64,000 nt of DNA from an uncultured bacterium (GCA_963777505.1 CAVZQN010000008.1:1-64000); one strand, 5' to 3'. Shown: positions 50,803 through 61,544, counted from the first letter of the stretch. Notes: generated from the sequence alone by a model not told the origin. Program-made: numbers and translations.

Positions 50803-53163
50803 TTAGTGGGTTTTACCACACACCCGCGTGAGGCTTGGAAAAGCTAAAAGAGCCAATCCATAGCAGAAGAACCCCGTCCAAAAAGTAGTCGATATTCCTT
50901 CCGTTATTGAGATCACAACCGCAAGTACTGAAGCACAAACTGAAGTTGCACCATTTACGCCCCACAACCATGGAGTTAAATGCGAAAATCGGATCGATGC
51001 TGCTTTCATTCCGAGTGGAAAAACCATTCCCATCAGAAGACCTGCAAAACTGAGTGATGCCCATGAAAAAATAATCCTCACTCTGTTTGAAGAGGATTGA
51101 AGCTCGGTGACTCCATACTTCGTGACAACAAAAAACAGAACAAGAACAACAAGTAAAAGTGCAAGAGCTTTCAAGCCTGAAGATCGCAGCTGTTCCGGCT
51201 GAATTTTGTTAGTCAAATAACTTCCGATCCCTCCGCTGATCAAAAGTGAGAACAAGACAACGGAAAGACTGTACGTTGGGTGTCCGAGAAAAATAATCAA
51301 CTTCTGCATTTGTGAAATTTCGACAAGCATGAAACCCATTCCGATTGCAAAAAAGTAAAGTAAAAACGGAGCCGAACCAGCCTCTAATTTTTGAGGATTG
51401 AGAAAAAGAGGTACAAAAATAAACAAAAGAGTCAGCACAACCACAAGCAAAAGAAGAGCTGCAAGAATGAATGTGGATGTTGGCGTAACAGCCTGTATCC
51501 CGCGGGTCCAAAAACTCCAACGCCCAAGAGTCTTTAGCTGAAAAGAACTGAAGAAGAATGGACGGTTATCTTCAGGCGGAATCAATTCTTTTTCTAAATT
51601 TCCGGCTTTCCTCCCTGCCAGAATTCGATAAAACATTCGATCCGATGATTTTTTCGGACTGTATAGCACGTTGAATCTTAATCTCTCACAAACTTTGTGA
51701 AAGTTTTTCATATCATTTTCAGAAAAAGGATTTTTGCTGACCAGGATCGTTGCGATCCCTTCCTTTCTTTTCTGAAGATCGTTGTAATTCGTGGCAACCA
51801 GAATATGCTCTTGCGGTAATTTAATATTCCTTCTGATTAGGACAGCACGAGCGAGCGAAACAAGCTTATAAACTTCGAGTGGACGTTCCGGCGTGTACCA
51901 TCGGGAGAAACTGAGGGTTCCATTATTCGATAGACGATTCAGGAAAATCTCCCAACCCTCGATTGTATAAAGCGAATTCTCCGCCAAAATAAATGCTCCG
52001 GCTGCAGTTGCTGCCCACGTATCGATTAAAGAAACCTGGATAATGTCGAAACTTTTATTTTGACGGGCCAGATAACTGCGTGCTTCATCGTTAATCATTC
52101 TTATCCGCGGATTGCGATCGAGATGGCCCGTAAAATCCGCAAATTTTTTGTTGACGACGTTAAGAATGTTTTCGTTAATCTCAACACCTTCTACGGATCT
52201 TTGGTGAAAGGCAATTGCCGATAGAATGTCCCGCCCTCCACCAATTCCTATTACAAAAACATTTGCATCGCTTTTTAAATGATGCGCCAGGTTGGTAATG
52301 TCATATTGCAGATAGTTCAACTTGGAAACGTCCCCTTCAAATTTTGTCAATGCGGTGCCCGCACTGCCATCAATGTCCATGAAAAGTTCTTCAACCGGTG
52401 TTTCAATTTGAATAGGACTAAAACCCCAGCCAAAGGGTTTTGGGCTGGGATCCGGCAAAACCTGAATCCTTGAAAAGGAATTCCATTTTTCATATAAAGC
52501 CTGCGGCTGGAAACGTCCTTTAGACCAGGAAAATCTGAAGATGGATTTTTGTTGAAACGAAAACAAAGCTTGAAGAAGAAAAACTCCAAGGATTAATACG
52601 CTTGCTCCAGCGGTTATTTTTCTAAGTTTTCCATCAACGTGCTTCGTAAAAAGCCAGGCAGCAGTCATCGCAAGCCAGCAGATCCCAAAAATAGTTGTTG
52701 CAGCATCTGTGGAATTCAGCAAAATAATCAGGAGGATGCATCCGGCAGCAGCGCCTATCAGATCGACTGCATACAACTTACTTAACTTCTCCGGAAAGCG
52801 CGTCAAAGCAAGACACACAGTAATACCGCTCATCGTGAATGGAATCGATGCAGCCAGGTAAGAAGCAGTCACCATGATCATGGTGTGTTCAGTGATGAAG
52901 GGAAGTAACCAGATCAATAGAAAACTGCCAAGCGTTGTGAGGCTAAACCAGAGCGAACTCTTAGCCATTGATTGAAGTTCCTGATTCTTTGGAAATGACT
53001 TTGGACGTAGAAATACGAGAAGCGATCCTACAGTCATTCCAAACATGGCCACAGAAACGGCCATAAAAGCGAAGTGATACCAGAGAATGACGCTGAAGAT
53101 TCTGGTCAGCAGAATCTCAAGCATTAATGTGGAGAGCGTAATTAGGAACAGCGCGTAATACAC
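50803..53163 (-). CDS. Polytopic membrane protein with spermidine-synthase-like SAM domain
   Basis: Many TMs; WNSFSRI; IGIGGGRD; DEARSYL. Confidence 0.82.
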   Translation of the reverse strand: MYYALFLITLSTLMLEILLTRIFSVILWYHFAFMAVSVAMFGMTVGSLLVFLRPKSFPKNQELQSMAKSSLWFSLTTLGSFLLIWLLPFITEHTMIMVTASYLAASIPFTMSGITVCLALTRFPEKLSKLYAVDLIGAAAGCILLIILLNSTDAATTIFGICWLAMTAAWLFTKHVDGKLRKITAGASVLILGVFLLQALFSFQQKSIFRFSWSKGRFQPQALYEKWNSFSRIQVLPDPSPKPFGWGFSPIQIETPVEELFMDIDGSAGTALTKFEGDVSKLNYLQYDITNLAHHLKSDANVFVIGIGGGRDILSAIAFHQRSVEGVEINENILNVVNKKFADFTGHLDRNPRIRMINDEARSYLARQNKSFDIIQVSLIDTWAATAAGAFILAENSLYTIEGWEIFLNRLSNNGTLSFSRWYTPERPLEVYKLVSLARAVLIRRNIKLPQEHILVATNYNDLQKRKEGIATILVSKNPFSENDMKNFHKVCERLRFNVLYSPKKSSDRMFYRILAGRKAGNLEKELIPPEDNRPFFFSSFQLKTLGRWSFWTRGIQAVTPTSTFILAALLLLVVVLTLLFIFVPLFLNPQKLEAGSAPFLLYFFAIGMGFMLVEISQMQKLIIFLGHPTYSLSVVLFSLLISGGIGSYLTNKIQPEQLRSSGLKALALLLVVLVLFFVVTKYGVTELQSSSNRVRIIFSWASLSFAGLLMGMVFPLGMKAASIRFSHLTPWLWGVNGATSVCASVLAVVISITEGISTTFWTGFFCYGLALLAFPSLTRVCGKTH

Positions 53164-53166
53164 GTT

Positions 53167-53517
53167 TTACGTTTTTTCTATCGTTTGATCCATTGTCTCA
53201 AATGCACGTCTCAAATGCGGAATTACAATTGAACCTCCGACAATTAGCGCGACATTAAACACTTCGATCATCTCATTTCTGTTTACCTTTTCTTCAGCAC
53301 AGCGGACGATGTGATACGTGATGCAATCATCGCATCGCAATACCATACTCGCGACAAGTCCAAGCATTTCTTTTGTTTTAGAATCCAGAGCACCTTCCTG
53401 ATACGCCTGAGTATCCAGATTAAAAAATCTCTTAATGCCAAGATGTTCAGATCCTAAAATGGATTCGTTCATCTTTTCACGGTATTTGCGAAACTCTTCC
53501 AATTCTTTTGCATTCAT
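53167..53517 (-). CDS. Carboxymuconolactone decarboxylase/AhpD-family protein
   Basis: KTKEMLGLVAS...RCDDCITYH; AGGAGA SD. Confidence 0.87.
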   Translation of the reverse strand: MNAKELEEFRKYREKMNESILGSEHLGIKRFFNLDTQAYQEGALDSKTKEMLGLVASMVLRCDDCITYHIVRCAEEKVNRNEMIEVFNVALIVGGSIVIPHLRRAFETMDQTIEKT

Positions 53518-53650
53518 AATTTCTCCTATATTCTTGTGAAAGCTTGTAGTAAGGCACGCAGTCGCCGAAGGCGACAGTGCCGTGAGCTTTATTCTAACGG
53601 CACTGCCTCGCATTCGCTCGGCTGCGTGCCTCACTACAAAACTATTCATT

Positions 53651-54328
53651 ATGACCTTGAAAGAATTGAATGCGAAGATTGTAAGCTGTTATCAATGTCC
53701 GAGGCTGGTTGTCTACCGTGAAGAAATTGCAAAGAACCCGCCGCTACGTCATCGTGGCGAGAAATATTGGGCGAAGCCTCTTCCAGGATTTGGCGATCCG
53801 GATGCTCAAATTTATATTGTCGGGCTCGCACCTGCAGCTAATGGAGGAAATCGAACTGGCCGCATATTCACAGGAGATCGAAGCGGCGATTGGCTCTTTG
53901 GAACACTCTACGAATGCGGACTGGCAAATCAACCACAATCAATCCATCGGAATGATGGACTTCAGTTATTCAATGTCTACATCGGAGCGGCAGTACGATG
54001 TGCGCCGCCTGATAACAAACCGCTTCTGAGTGAATTCGCAAATTGCCACCCATACCTGGTACAGGAAATAAACTTACTGTCACGTGTGAAGGTGATTGTT
54101 GCGCTTGGATCGATCGCGTACAACGCAATTAAAAAAGTGTATAAGTTGAATGCGGAATACAAGAAGTTTAAGTTTCCACCATTTGGTCACGGCCAACAAG
54201 TGAAATTAGCTGATGGCCGGTTTTTGATTTGCTCTTATCATCCAAGCCAGCAAAATACTTTTACAGGAAAACTAACCCGGCCAATGTTCCAGAAGATTTT
54301 CTTAACCGCAAAGACGCTAAGCTCTTAA
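53651..54328 (+). CDS. udgB: Uracil-DNA glycosylase family 5
   Basis: CxxC, GLAPAANGGNRTGRIFTGDRSG, RCAPPDNKP, YHPSQQN. Confidence 0.88.
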   Translation: MTLKELNAKIVSCYQCPRLVVYREEIAKNPPLRHRGEKYWAKPLPGFGDPDAQIYIVGLAPAANGGNRTGRIFTGDRSGDWLFGTLYECGLANQPQSIHRNDGLQLFNVYIGAAVRCAPPDNKPLLSEFANCHPYLVQEINLLSRVKVIVALGSIAYNAIKKVYKLNAEYKKFKFPPFGHGQQVKLADGRFLICSYHPSQQNTFTGKLTRPMFQKIFLTAKTLSS

Positions 54329-54916
54329 GTCAACACGCTGACAGCGAAGAGAGTGATCGGTTATTTTTCCGAATTCACTTGTGTTGACCAAAGGCACATC
54401 TGTGTAGCGCTTCTCTTTCAGATCATACACTTCGCATGTATTAAATGGCCGAGAGTAAACGTGAAGTGAAATTGCTTTTGATTGGAACGAAGGAAGATTT
54501 AGAACTTGATGGATCGGTTCCTCGGGATCAACTTCGGTAGGATTGGTTGGATTTATTTCGATCTGACCACTCGAACGAAGTTCACAAAATCCCGACGAAG
54601 GATCCTTTTTGATCAGACTGAAATTGTGAACTTGCAAACGGCCATATGGAATAGCCATCCAACAATTTTGATCGCGATGGTTATGAATCGCGCTTTTTTG
54701 TCCGACTTCCCAGCAAACAGCAATCAGTTCAAATAAGTCCGTTTTAAGAATTAGATTGCGCGTATAGTGTTCTTCCGAAAACCAGAGATACGGTGTAAGG
54801 GACGACGCATCGACAACGTTTTCTCGTACGAATCTTAAAACGCGATCATGTGTAAATTCAGCAACTGGAATTGCTGCTATTTCATCTGCAAATTTTTGAA
54901 TAGGAATTTGGGGCAT
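54317..54916 (-). CDS. Cysteine dioxygenase
   Basis: YTRNL, SAIHNH...CW, IHQV, SLHVYS. Confidence 0.87.
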   Translation of the reverse strand: MPQIPIQKFADEIAAIPVAEFTHDRVLRFVRENVVDASSLTPYLWFSEEHYTRNLILKTDLFELIAVCWEVGQKSAIHNHRDQNCWMAIPYGRLQVHNFSLIKKDPSSGFCELRSSGQIEINPTNPTEVDPEEPIHQVLNLPSFQSKAISLHVYSRPFNTCEVYDLKEKRYTDVPLVNTSEFGKITDHSLRCQRVDLRA

Positions 54917-54952
54917 TTTTTACCACACGGGCGGGTCTTAGACCCGCCCCTA

Positions 54953-56320
54953 CTACATATTTGCGACGTTTGAGAAGTATTTTACAAATGTCTTCATTCC
55001 ACCGGAAGCTTGACCCCAATCGAAATTCTCATTCGGAGCATGGTAGCCATGTTCTGGCAATGACAATCCAATAAAAATGATGGGCACTTTCAGATGTTTT
55101 TGCATGGTTACGACGGCACCGATTGATCCACCTTCGCGAATGAAAGCCGGTGATTTTCCGAAGCCAAAATTAAGTGCATCTCTGGCGGCATCGGCATAAG
55201 CGCCTGTAAATGGTCCGAGATAGGGACTGAGCATTCCGTCCATTCTAAGCTTAACGTCCGGATTTATCTTCTTAACTTGCTTTTCTACAAGTTTGAGAAT
55301 CTTTTCAGGTTTTTGATTTGGAACCAACCGGCAGCTGAACTTTAATTCGGCACGTGGAGGTACAACCGTTTTTACGCCAGGTCCGGTATAACCACCCACA
55401 AGACCATGAACTTCGAAAGTAGGTAACGTCCATACGCGTTTTAAAACGTCGGATGCCGTTTTGACACGGAGGCTTTTGAATCCATAAACGGTTTGCCATT
55501 TCTTCAAATTAAAACCAGAAGCTAAAAAGTTATCCATTTCATGTTTACTAACAGCTTTTACATCTTGATAAAAGCCTGGGATTTTTACCTTACCGGTTTT
55601 CGCATCATAAAGCTGGCTCACAAGCTGCATCAATTCACCTATCGGATTTCGGGCAGCACCGCCAGTAACTCCGGAGTGTGCATCTTTTGATCCAGTTTCC
55701 AAAGTCAAAACAGCAGTGAACATGCCTCTCAAACCATAGGGCATTGCTGGCTTTTCACGTGAGATCCAAATCGTATCGGAAACAAGTACAGAATCTGTTT
55801 GTAAGGAAGATGCATGCTTCTTCATGAATTCTTCAAAATGAGGACTGCCAATTTCTTCTTCAAGCTCCCAAATGAAGTTAATGTTCAATGGAATTCCATT
55901 TTCCATTGCATAGCGAGCAGCAAATAAAGCGGTTAAAGCAGGACCTTTATCATCAGTTGCTCCACGCCCGAGATACTTCCCATCATCTTTCACAAAAACA
56001 AATGGTGCACGTGTCCATTCAGGTTCTTGTGCAGGCTGTACATCGATATGGTTATAAATCGTTAAGGTTCGCTTTGCTCCAGGCGTTTTGAAACGTCCTA
56101 CAACAACTGGATTGCCCGATGTGGAATGAATTTCGGCCTGGCCTCCAAAGTCTTTTAAATATTGAGCTGCCAGTTCTGCCCCTCTTCCTATATCTTCTTT
56201 CCGGGCGGGATCCATGCTTACGGTTGGAATTTCAACAAGATCACCAAGCATGTCTTCGTATCGGTCACGATTTTCTGCAATATATGTATCAATGGAATTC
56301 AAATTCTTCGGCGCTGCCAT
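54953..56320 (-). CDS. M20 family metallopeptidase (dipeptidase)
   Basis: [26 protein letters not shown]. Confidence 0.9.
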   Translation of the reverse strand: MAAPKNLNSIDTYIAENRDRYEDMLGDLVEIPTVSMDPARKEDIGRGAELAAQYLKDFGGQAEIHSTSGNPVVVGRFKTPGAKRTLTIYNHIDVQPAQEPEWTRAPFVFVKDDGKYLGRGATDDKGPALTALFAARYAMENGIPLNINFIWELEEEIGSPHFEEFMKKHASSLQTDSVLVSDTIWISREKPAMPYGLRGMFTAVLTLETGSKDAHSGVTGGAARNPIGELMQLVSQLYDAKTGKVKIPGFYQDVKAVSKHEMDNFLASGFNLKKWQTVYGFKSLRVKTASDVLKRVWTLPTFEVHGLVGGYTGPGVKTVVPPRAELKFSCRLVPNQKPEKILKLVEKQVKKINPDVKLRMDGMLSPYLGPFTGAYADAARDALNFGFGKSPAFIREGGSIGAVVTMQKHLKVPIIFIGLSLPEHGYHAPNENFDWGQASGGMKTFVKYFSNVANM

Positions 56321-56425
56321 ACCGTTTCACTCCTTATTTTCTTTTATACCTGTGCGGCGAAAGTTTTAATCATTGCATGCAGCAGGCATGCATGCAAGTA
56401 CGTTTAGTACAGAGGCAAGGATCAG

Positions 56426-57067
56426 TTAATAAATATGTGGAATCAACCGGAACGACTTTTGAGTGTATTCCTGATATACACTTCCAAAATACTTAAAAAG
56501 TAGTTTCTCTTCAAGTGACATTCGATGAATCAGAATGGCTGAATAAATAAAAACAAATGCGAGACCAAACCAGGTTGAAAACACAAGAAACATTCCTATA
56601 ACAGCCAGAATTGTACCTAAATAAACAGGATGCCGGATCAGGGAATAAATTCCACTGGTAATGAGCTGATGATGCTCCTGGATCGTAACCAAATAACTGA
56701 ACTGTTTGCGAAGTGTTCGCGCTGCTATTGTCCGGATCCAATAACCGGACAAGAAAATCGCAACACCGATATATTTCATTGATTCAGCTAGGGGAATTCT
56801 GCCTAAATCATGTCCTGCAAAATAGGGGAGTAAAAATCCAAGTCCAACAGTGCTCAGCAGCGCCAGAAAGAAGAATTGTAAGCTCGACTCCCCGCGCTCT
56901 TTTCCATACTTTAATGCACTGCTTTTTGGTTGAGGCACAACAAATGGAGCAATTAATGCGCTGGCTGCTATGATGACGTGCGGAATGTGCCGGAAAAAGT
57001 CCAATGAGCCCCAGCCCGCAAGCATAAATGCCACAAACAGAATCGATCCGGATATTGTACGAATCAT
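56426..57067 (-). CDS. Isoprenylcysteine carboxyl methyltransferase (ICMT/PEMT)-family membrane protein
   Basis: LITSGIYSLIRHPVY, EEKLL..FG..Y..Y. Confidence 0.85.
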   Translation of the reverse strand: MIRTISGSILFVAFMLAGWGSLDFFRHIPHVIIAASALIAPFVVPQPKSSALKYGKERGESSLQFFFLALLSTVGLGFLLPYFAGHDLGRIPLAESMKYIGVAIFLSGYWIRTIAARTLRKQFSYLVTIQEHHQLITSGIYSLIRHPVYLGTILAVIGMFLVFSTWFGLAFVFIYSAILIHRMSLEEKLLFKYFGSVYQEYTQKSFRLIPHIY

Positions 57068-57134
57068 ACGAAGTTAATTATATGTGGGATGAGTGAACTT
57101 TCTTCAATGTGGTGGGCTAATCAGTTCGCCAAAA

Positions 57135-57247
57135 ATAATATGACCGCAGGGACCTTGAGGGGGGAGGTATAAGGGCAAAACATCTGGGGTCAATAACAAG
57201 CACCTCCAGACCCTTTTAACAACAATAATTGCAGGTCACCTGCGGTT
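57135..57247 (-). ncRNA. Candidate ~105-nt structured small RNA
   Basis: Closing stem 57143-57155 / 57233-57246, inner hairpin, C-rich tract and trailing U-rich tract; begins ~6-7 nt after a perfect sigma70 promoter. Confidence 0.5.
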
Positions 57248-57253
57248 CTTCGT

Positions 57254-57283
57254 ATTATATGCACTCTTGTCAATCCATGTCAA
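57254..57283 (-). promoter_or_regulatory. Consensus sigma70 promoter
   Basis: TTGACA(57283-57278)-18 nt-TATAAT(57259-57254). Confidence 0.7.
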
Positions 57284-57365
57284 ACAAAAATGAGAATTGT
57301 CCAATAAGTCTTCATGCTACTATGAATTAGCTTGAAATAGAGACGAGGACGGCGCGCAAAAACCT

Positions 57366-58046
57366 ATGCTACTTTCGATCATTATTCCTGTATATAACGA
57401 AGCCAAAACTTTCCGCTCAGTATTGGACCGCGTACTTTCAACTCCGTATGAGAAGCAAATTATTGTAGTGGATGACGGATCATCGGATGGAACTCGGGCG
57501 GAAATTGAAAAAGTGACCGAGCCTAACGTGGTAAAGCTTTTCCATGAAAAAAATATGGGAAAAGGGAAAGCAATCCAAACTGGATGGAGTCATGCAAACG
57601 GGGATGTAATTCTAATCCAGGATGCCGATACCGAATATGATCCTGCCGATTATGGAGTGCTCCTGCAACCAATCATAGAAGGTAGAGCGGATGTCGTATT
57701 CGGCTCTCGTTTTGTCGGCTATCCGCGGCGTGTTCTGTATTTTTGGCATTCTTTTGGAAATAAAGTCCTCACTTTGCTCGCGAATATGCTAAACGATATC
57801 AACCTGAGCGATATGGAAACCGGCTATAAAGCTTTTACGCGTGAAGTACGTGATGCAATCAAAGTACAATCCAAGAGGTTTGGATTTGAGCCGGAGTTTA
57901 CGGCAAAAGTAGCAAAGAAACATTTCCGCATTTACGAAGTACCAATTTCATATCATGGCCGTGGATACAAGGAAGGGAAAAAGATTACGTGGCGTGATGG
58001 TATTGCCGCATTCTACTGGATCGTTCGTTACCGTTTTTTTGATTAA
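57366..58046 (+). CDS. Glycosyltransferase family 2 (DPM1-like)
   Basis: IIPVYNE, VDDGS, QDAD.EYDP, DMETGYK. Confidence 0.92.
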   Translation: MLLSIIIPVYNEAKTFRSVLDRVLSTPYEKQIIVVDDGSSDGTRAEIEKVTEPNVVKLFHEKNMGKGKAIQTGWSHANGDVILIQDADTEYDPADYGVLLQPIIEGRADVVFGSRFVGYPRRVLYFWHSFGNKVLTLLANMLNDINLSDMETGYKAFTREVRDAIKVQSKRFGFEPEFTAKVAKKHFRIYEVPISYHGRGYKEGKKITWRDGIAAFYWIVRYRFFD

Positions 58047-58128
58047 AGTAGGGGCGGGTCTAAGACCCGCCCGCGTATCAAAACAAAATTAAACGGGCGG
58101 GTCTTAGACCCGCCCCTACTAAAAAAAT

Positions 58129-58845
58129 ATGAAGCCCGAATACTTAAATACTGAAACGCAAGAAGCAATTTATGAAAGCCTTGAGACGTTAAGTCAAACG
58201 TCGGAATATTACAATTGGCTTTGCAAAAAGATGAGCCGTTTTATCCGCGGAAAAACTCTTGAACTCGGCTCAGGAATCGGCACCTTTGGTCAATGGGCAA
58301 GAAAATTCGCGACTGAATATCACGCAACAGATGTAGATCCCCATCTTGTTGATCGGCTGAAAGAAAATTTTACCAAAGCCTTCCGGTGGGATCTTTATCA
58401 ACCATTTCCTGGTGATGATCTTTATGAAACGGTGATCATTCTGAATGTCATAGAACATTTGAAGGATGATGGAGCCGCAATGCAAGCTCTATATGACCGG
58501 CTGCAGCCTGGTGGACACTTAATCGTTATGGTGCCTGCAATGCGTTTTCTTTATGGATCTATGGATCGCGCATTTGGTCACTACAGGCGTTACCAAAAAC
58601 CAGATATGCAGAAGTTAATGAAAGATGTTCAACTTGATGTTGTAGAAAATCGATATGTAAATACGATCGGAATGGCCGGGTGGTTTTTATACGGCCGGAT
58701 TCTCAAACATCAACAGTTGCCACAACAACTCTGTGGCCGATTCAACATGGTTTTACCTTTGCTTAAATTAGAAGGCCCGCTGGCTTATTTTGCAGGATTA
58801 TCCTTGATTTGCGTTGGAAGGAAATGTACACCGAAACAGAAATAA
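58129..58845 (+). CDS. Class I SAM-dependent methyltransferase
   Basis: LELGSGIG, NVIEHL, GHYRRY. Confidence 0.85.
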   Translation: MKPEYLNTETQEAIYESLETLSQTSEYYNWLCKKMSRFIRGKTLELGSGIGTFGQWARKFATEYHATDVDPHLVDRLKENFTKAFRWDLYQPFPGDDLYETVIILNVIEHLKDDGAAMQALYDRLQPGGHLIVMVPAMRFLYGSMDRAFGHYRRYQKPDMQKLMKDVQLDVVENRYVNTIGMAGWFLYGRILKHQQLPQQLCGRFNMVLPLLKLEGPLAYFAGLSLICVGRKCTPKQK

Positions 58846-59405
58846 AATTGGCGATTCAAGATTTGAATCGCGCACACCAGCAATTACTGACTCTGAATGC
58901 GCGTATAAAACAAGACCGTCATTTTGAAGACAATCGAGTCATGGATACGCCTGATCAGCAAATACGAGCAAGCGGTTGTCTTTTCAGAGTTCGTGTTATC
59001 AAACCGCTCGATGATGAAACATGCAGAAGAATTCCTGCAATCCTGACATTTAAAGGAAAAACAGACATCTCCGACGGAGTAAAAAATCGTGAGGAGACCG
59101 AATGCACAATCGATCCACCGGAAAATTTTCTACACATTTTGGAGCAGCTGGGTTACGTTTTGAAATTTCGTTACCAGAAATATCGGACCGTGTATGAGTT
59201 TGATCAAAAACAAATCCATGTTTGTATCGATGAAGCTCCGATAGGAAATTTTTTTGAACTAGAAGGCCCTGCCAGTGAGATTCACGATATTGCAGAAAAA
59301 CTAGGCTACAGCCGTGCGGATTACATCACAGACAGTTATGGTGGTCTCTATTATCGATGGTGCCAGGAAAAGGGCGTTGAACCTTCACACATGGTCTTTT
59401 CATGA
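58824..59405 (+). CDS. CYTH-domain protein (class IV adenylate cyclase-like)
   Basis: ETEIK, LTFKG, REETE, YQKYR, FFELEG. Confidence 0.85.
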   Translation: MYTETEIKLAIQDLNRAHQQLLTLNARIKQDRHFEDNRVMDTPDQQIRASGCLFRVRVIKPLDDETCRRIPAILTFKGKTDISDGVKNREETECTIDPPENFLHILEQLGYVLKFRYQKYRTVYEFDQKQIHVCIDEAPIGNFFELEGPASEIHDIAEKLGYSRADYITDSYGGLYYRWCQEKGVEPSHMVFS

Positions 59406-60304
59406 AGGCTTTGCTTCTTGCCGCAGGTTTAGGGACGCGGCTGAAACCATTTACGCTTTCTCAAGCTAAAGCAAGCATTCCGTTCCTGAATGTTCCCATG
59501 ATTCACTATCCACTTCAGTATTTATTTGCGAATCAAATTGATGAAACAATCATCAATCTTCATGCTCATCCGGAATCCGTTCAAAATGCTGCTGGAAATG
59601 AATATCGTGGAATGCAACTTCACTATTCGCATGAATCCGCAATTTTAGGAACAGCAGGCGCGATGGCTAAAGCATCTTCCTTTCTTGATTCCGGACCCTT
59701 TGCTGTCATGAATAGCGATATGATTTGTGATGCTCCGTTAAATCGCGTCGTTGAACATCACAATCAGTCTGGAAATCTTGTGACTCTCGTTGTGATGCCA
59801 ACAGAATTTTCGGGCTACAATCCTCTTTTCTATAATCCTGAAACTTTGAAACTAACAGCAGAGAGCGTTGGCTCAAAGTGTCACTATACAGGCTTGCAGA
59901 TTGTCGATCGTGCCGTGATCGAAAACATTCCGGCCGATCGCAAAACGGAAATTTTCCGAGATACATATCCTCAGCTCATCGCTCAAAATCGCGTTGGAGG
60001 ATTCTTGTATGACGGCTTATGGTTTGGGATCGGGACACTGCAAGAATTTTTGAATGCCAGTTTAGAAGTCGTAAAATCGCCGCTTCCGGATCATCTTTCA
60101 CCGGCTCAAATGCAGGCATCACTGATTTCAAATAATGCGAAACTAGAATCAGAATCCGATGTGTCTGATACCATACTGATGAATGGAGCCGTTGTAAGAA
60201 AAGGTGTGAAATTGGAGCGATGCATTGTAGGACCCGAAAGGCATGTTAAAGAAGATTACAAAAATGCGGCGTTAGCTCGCGGAATTTTACCCTGGTATTT
60301 TTAA
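59402..60304 (+). CDS. NDP-sugar pyrophosphorylase (MurU/GMPP-like nucleotidyltransferase)
   Basis: LLAAGLGTRLKPFT, LGTAGA, NSD. Confidence 0.85.
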   Translation: MKALLLAAGLGTRLKPFTLSQAKASIPFLNVPMIHYPLQYLFANQIDETIINLHAHPESVQNAAGNEYRGMQLHYSHESAILGTAGAMAKASSFLDSGPFAVMNSDMICDAPLNRVVEHHNQSGNLVTLVVMPTEFSGYNPLFYNPETLKLTAESVGSKCHYTGLQIVDRAVIENIPADRKTEIFRDTYPQLIAQNRVGGFLYDGLWFGIGTLQEFLNASLEVVKSPLPDHLSPAQMQASLISNNAKLESESDVSDTILMNGAVVRKGVKLERCIVGPERHVKEDYKNAALARGILPWYF

Positions 60305-60528
60305 GTTTGTGGTAAGGTACTCAGTTCGTACGCATTTATTGCGGACGAACAGTACCGTAAATCAGGATGTTGTTGCTAATTGCTGGATGCTAGATACGTT
60401 CAAAGACCTTGTGTAAGACCGATACGTGGAAACGTGCCAAGCATCCAGTATCTAGTATCAAGCATCAAGCTCACGGCACTGCCTCGCATTCGCTCGGCTG
60501 CGTGCCTTACTACAAACCTTTATTAAAA

Positions 60529-61500
60529 ATGAATTACAAAGATTTACTGTCATTCAATCTCCCTGAAGAAGCTCCTGAAGGTTTTGTGTTCAATCAACTA
60601 ACTGGAGATGCTTCAACGCGTTCGTATTTCAGGATTACTGAGCCCTCAGGCAAAACAGTCATGTTAATGAAAATGCCTGAGCCTTTCGACGAAAATGAAT
60701 TTCCCTATTTGTGGAATTATGAATTGTTCCGATCAATTGGGGTTCGATTAGCTCCCATTTTAGAAATGAACCCAAAACGCGGTTTTGTTTTATTGGAAGA
60801 TCTCGGCGACAACACTTTTTACGAATTGTATTCGCAGTGGAATGAGCGCGAACGATTTTTTCACCTCTTCAAAGCGCTTGAATACCAGGCATTGATTGAA
60901 AAAGTCATCCCCAAAAACCAATTGGCATTTGATACCGAAAAGCTAATGTGGGAATTGAATTACTTCCTTAAACATTTCCTGATTGGCTTTCGAGGTGCTG
61001 AGCTTTCAAACAATGATCGAGAAGAACTGGATCAAATTTTTCAAAGACTCGCTGGTGAACTCGCAGAGCGTCCACGATATTTTTGTCATCGTGATTATCA
61101 TTCACGAAATTTCATGGTGTATCAGCAAGCCGTTTATGTAATCGACTTCCAGGATGCCAGATATGGCCCAGCCACTTATGACCTCGCGTCTCTTTGCTAT
61201 GATTCCTACCTTCAACATTCAACGGCTTTGATTCAAAACCTGGAGCAAGCCTTTTTTATCCGGCATCCGGACAGTGAAACTCAGCGGTATGAGTATCCAC
61301 GTATGTGCTTGCAAAGGAATCTGAAGGCTCTCGGGACTTTCGGCTATCAAAATGTAGTGATGGGTCGTTCTTTCTATACTCAATTTGTTCCTCCGACTCT
61401 CGAATACGTTCAGAAGCATCTGACGAGATTACCGGAGTATGCCGATTTGAGTACCATCCTGTCACGATATCTCCCCGAGTTCCGGACAGAATCAACCTAG
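60529..61500 (+). CDS. Aminoglycoside-phosphotransferase-family sugar kinase (AmgK-like)
   Basis: GDASTRSYFR, LEDLG, HRDYHSRN, IDFQDA, QRNLKALGTF. Confidence 0.85.
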   Translation: MNYKDLLSFNLPEEAPEGFVFNQLTGDASTRSYFRITEPSGKTVMLMKMPEPFDENEFPYLWNYELFRSIGVRLAPILEMNPKRGFVLLEDLGDNTFYELYSQWNERERFFHLFKALEYQALIEKVIPKNQLAFDTEKLMWELNYFLKHFLIGFRGAELSNNDREELDQIFQRLAGELAERPRYFCHRDYHSRNFMVYQQAVYVIDFQDARYGPATYDLASLCYDSYLQHSTALIQNLEQAFFIRHPDSETQRYEYPRMCLQRNLKALGTFGYQNVVMGRSFYTQFVPPTLEYVQKHLTRLPEYADLSTILSRYLPEFRTEST

Positions 61501-61544
61501 CTTATAACACTGGCGAAACTGGGGAGCTGGTTCGCGCTTCGGTG

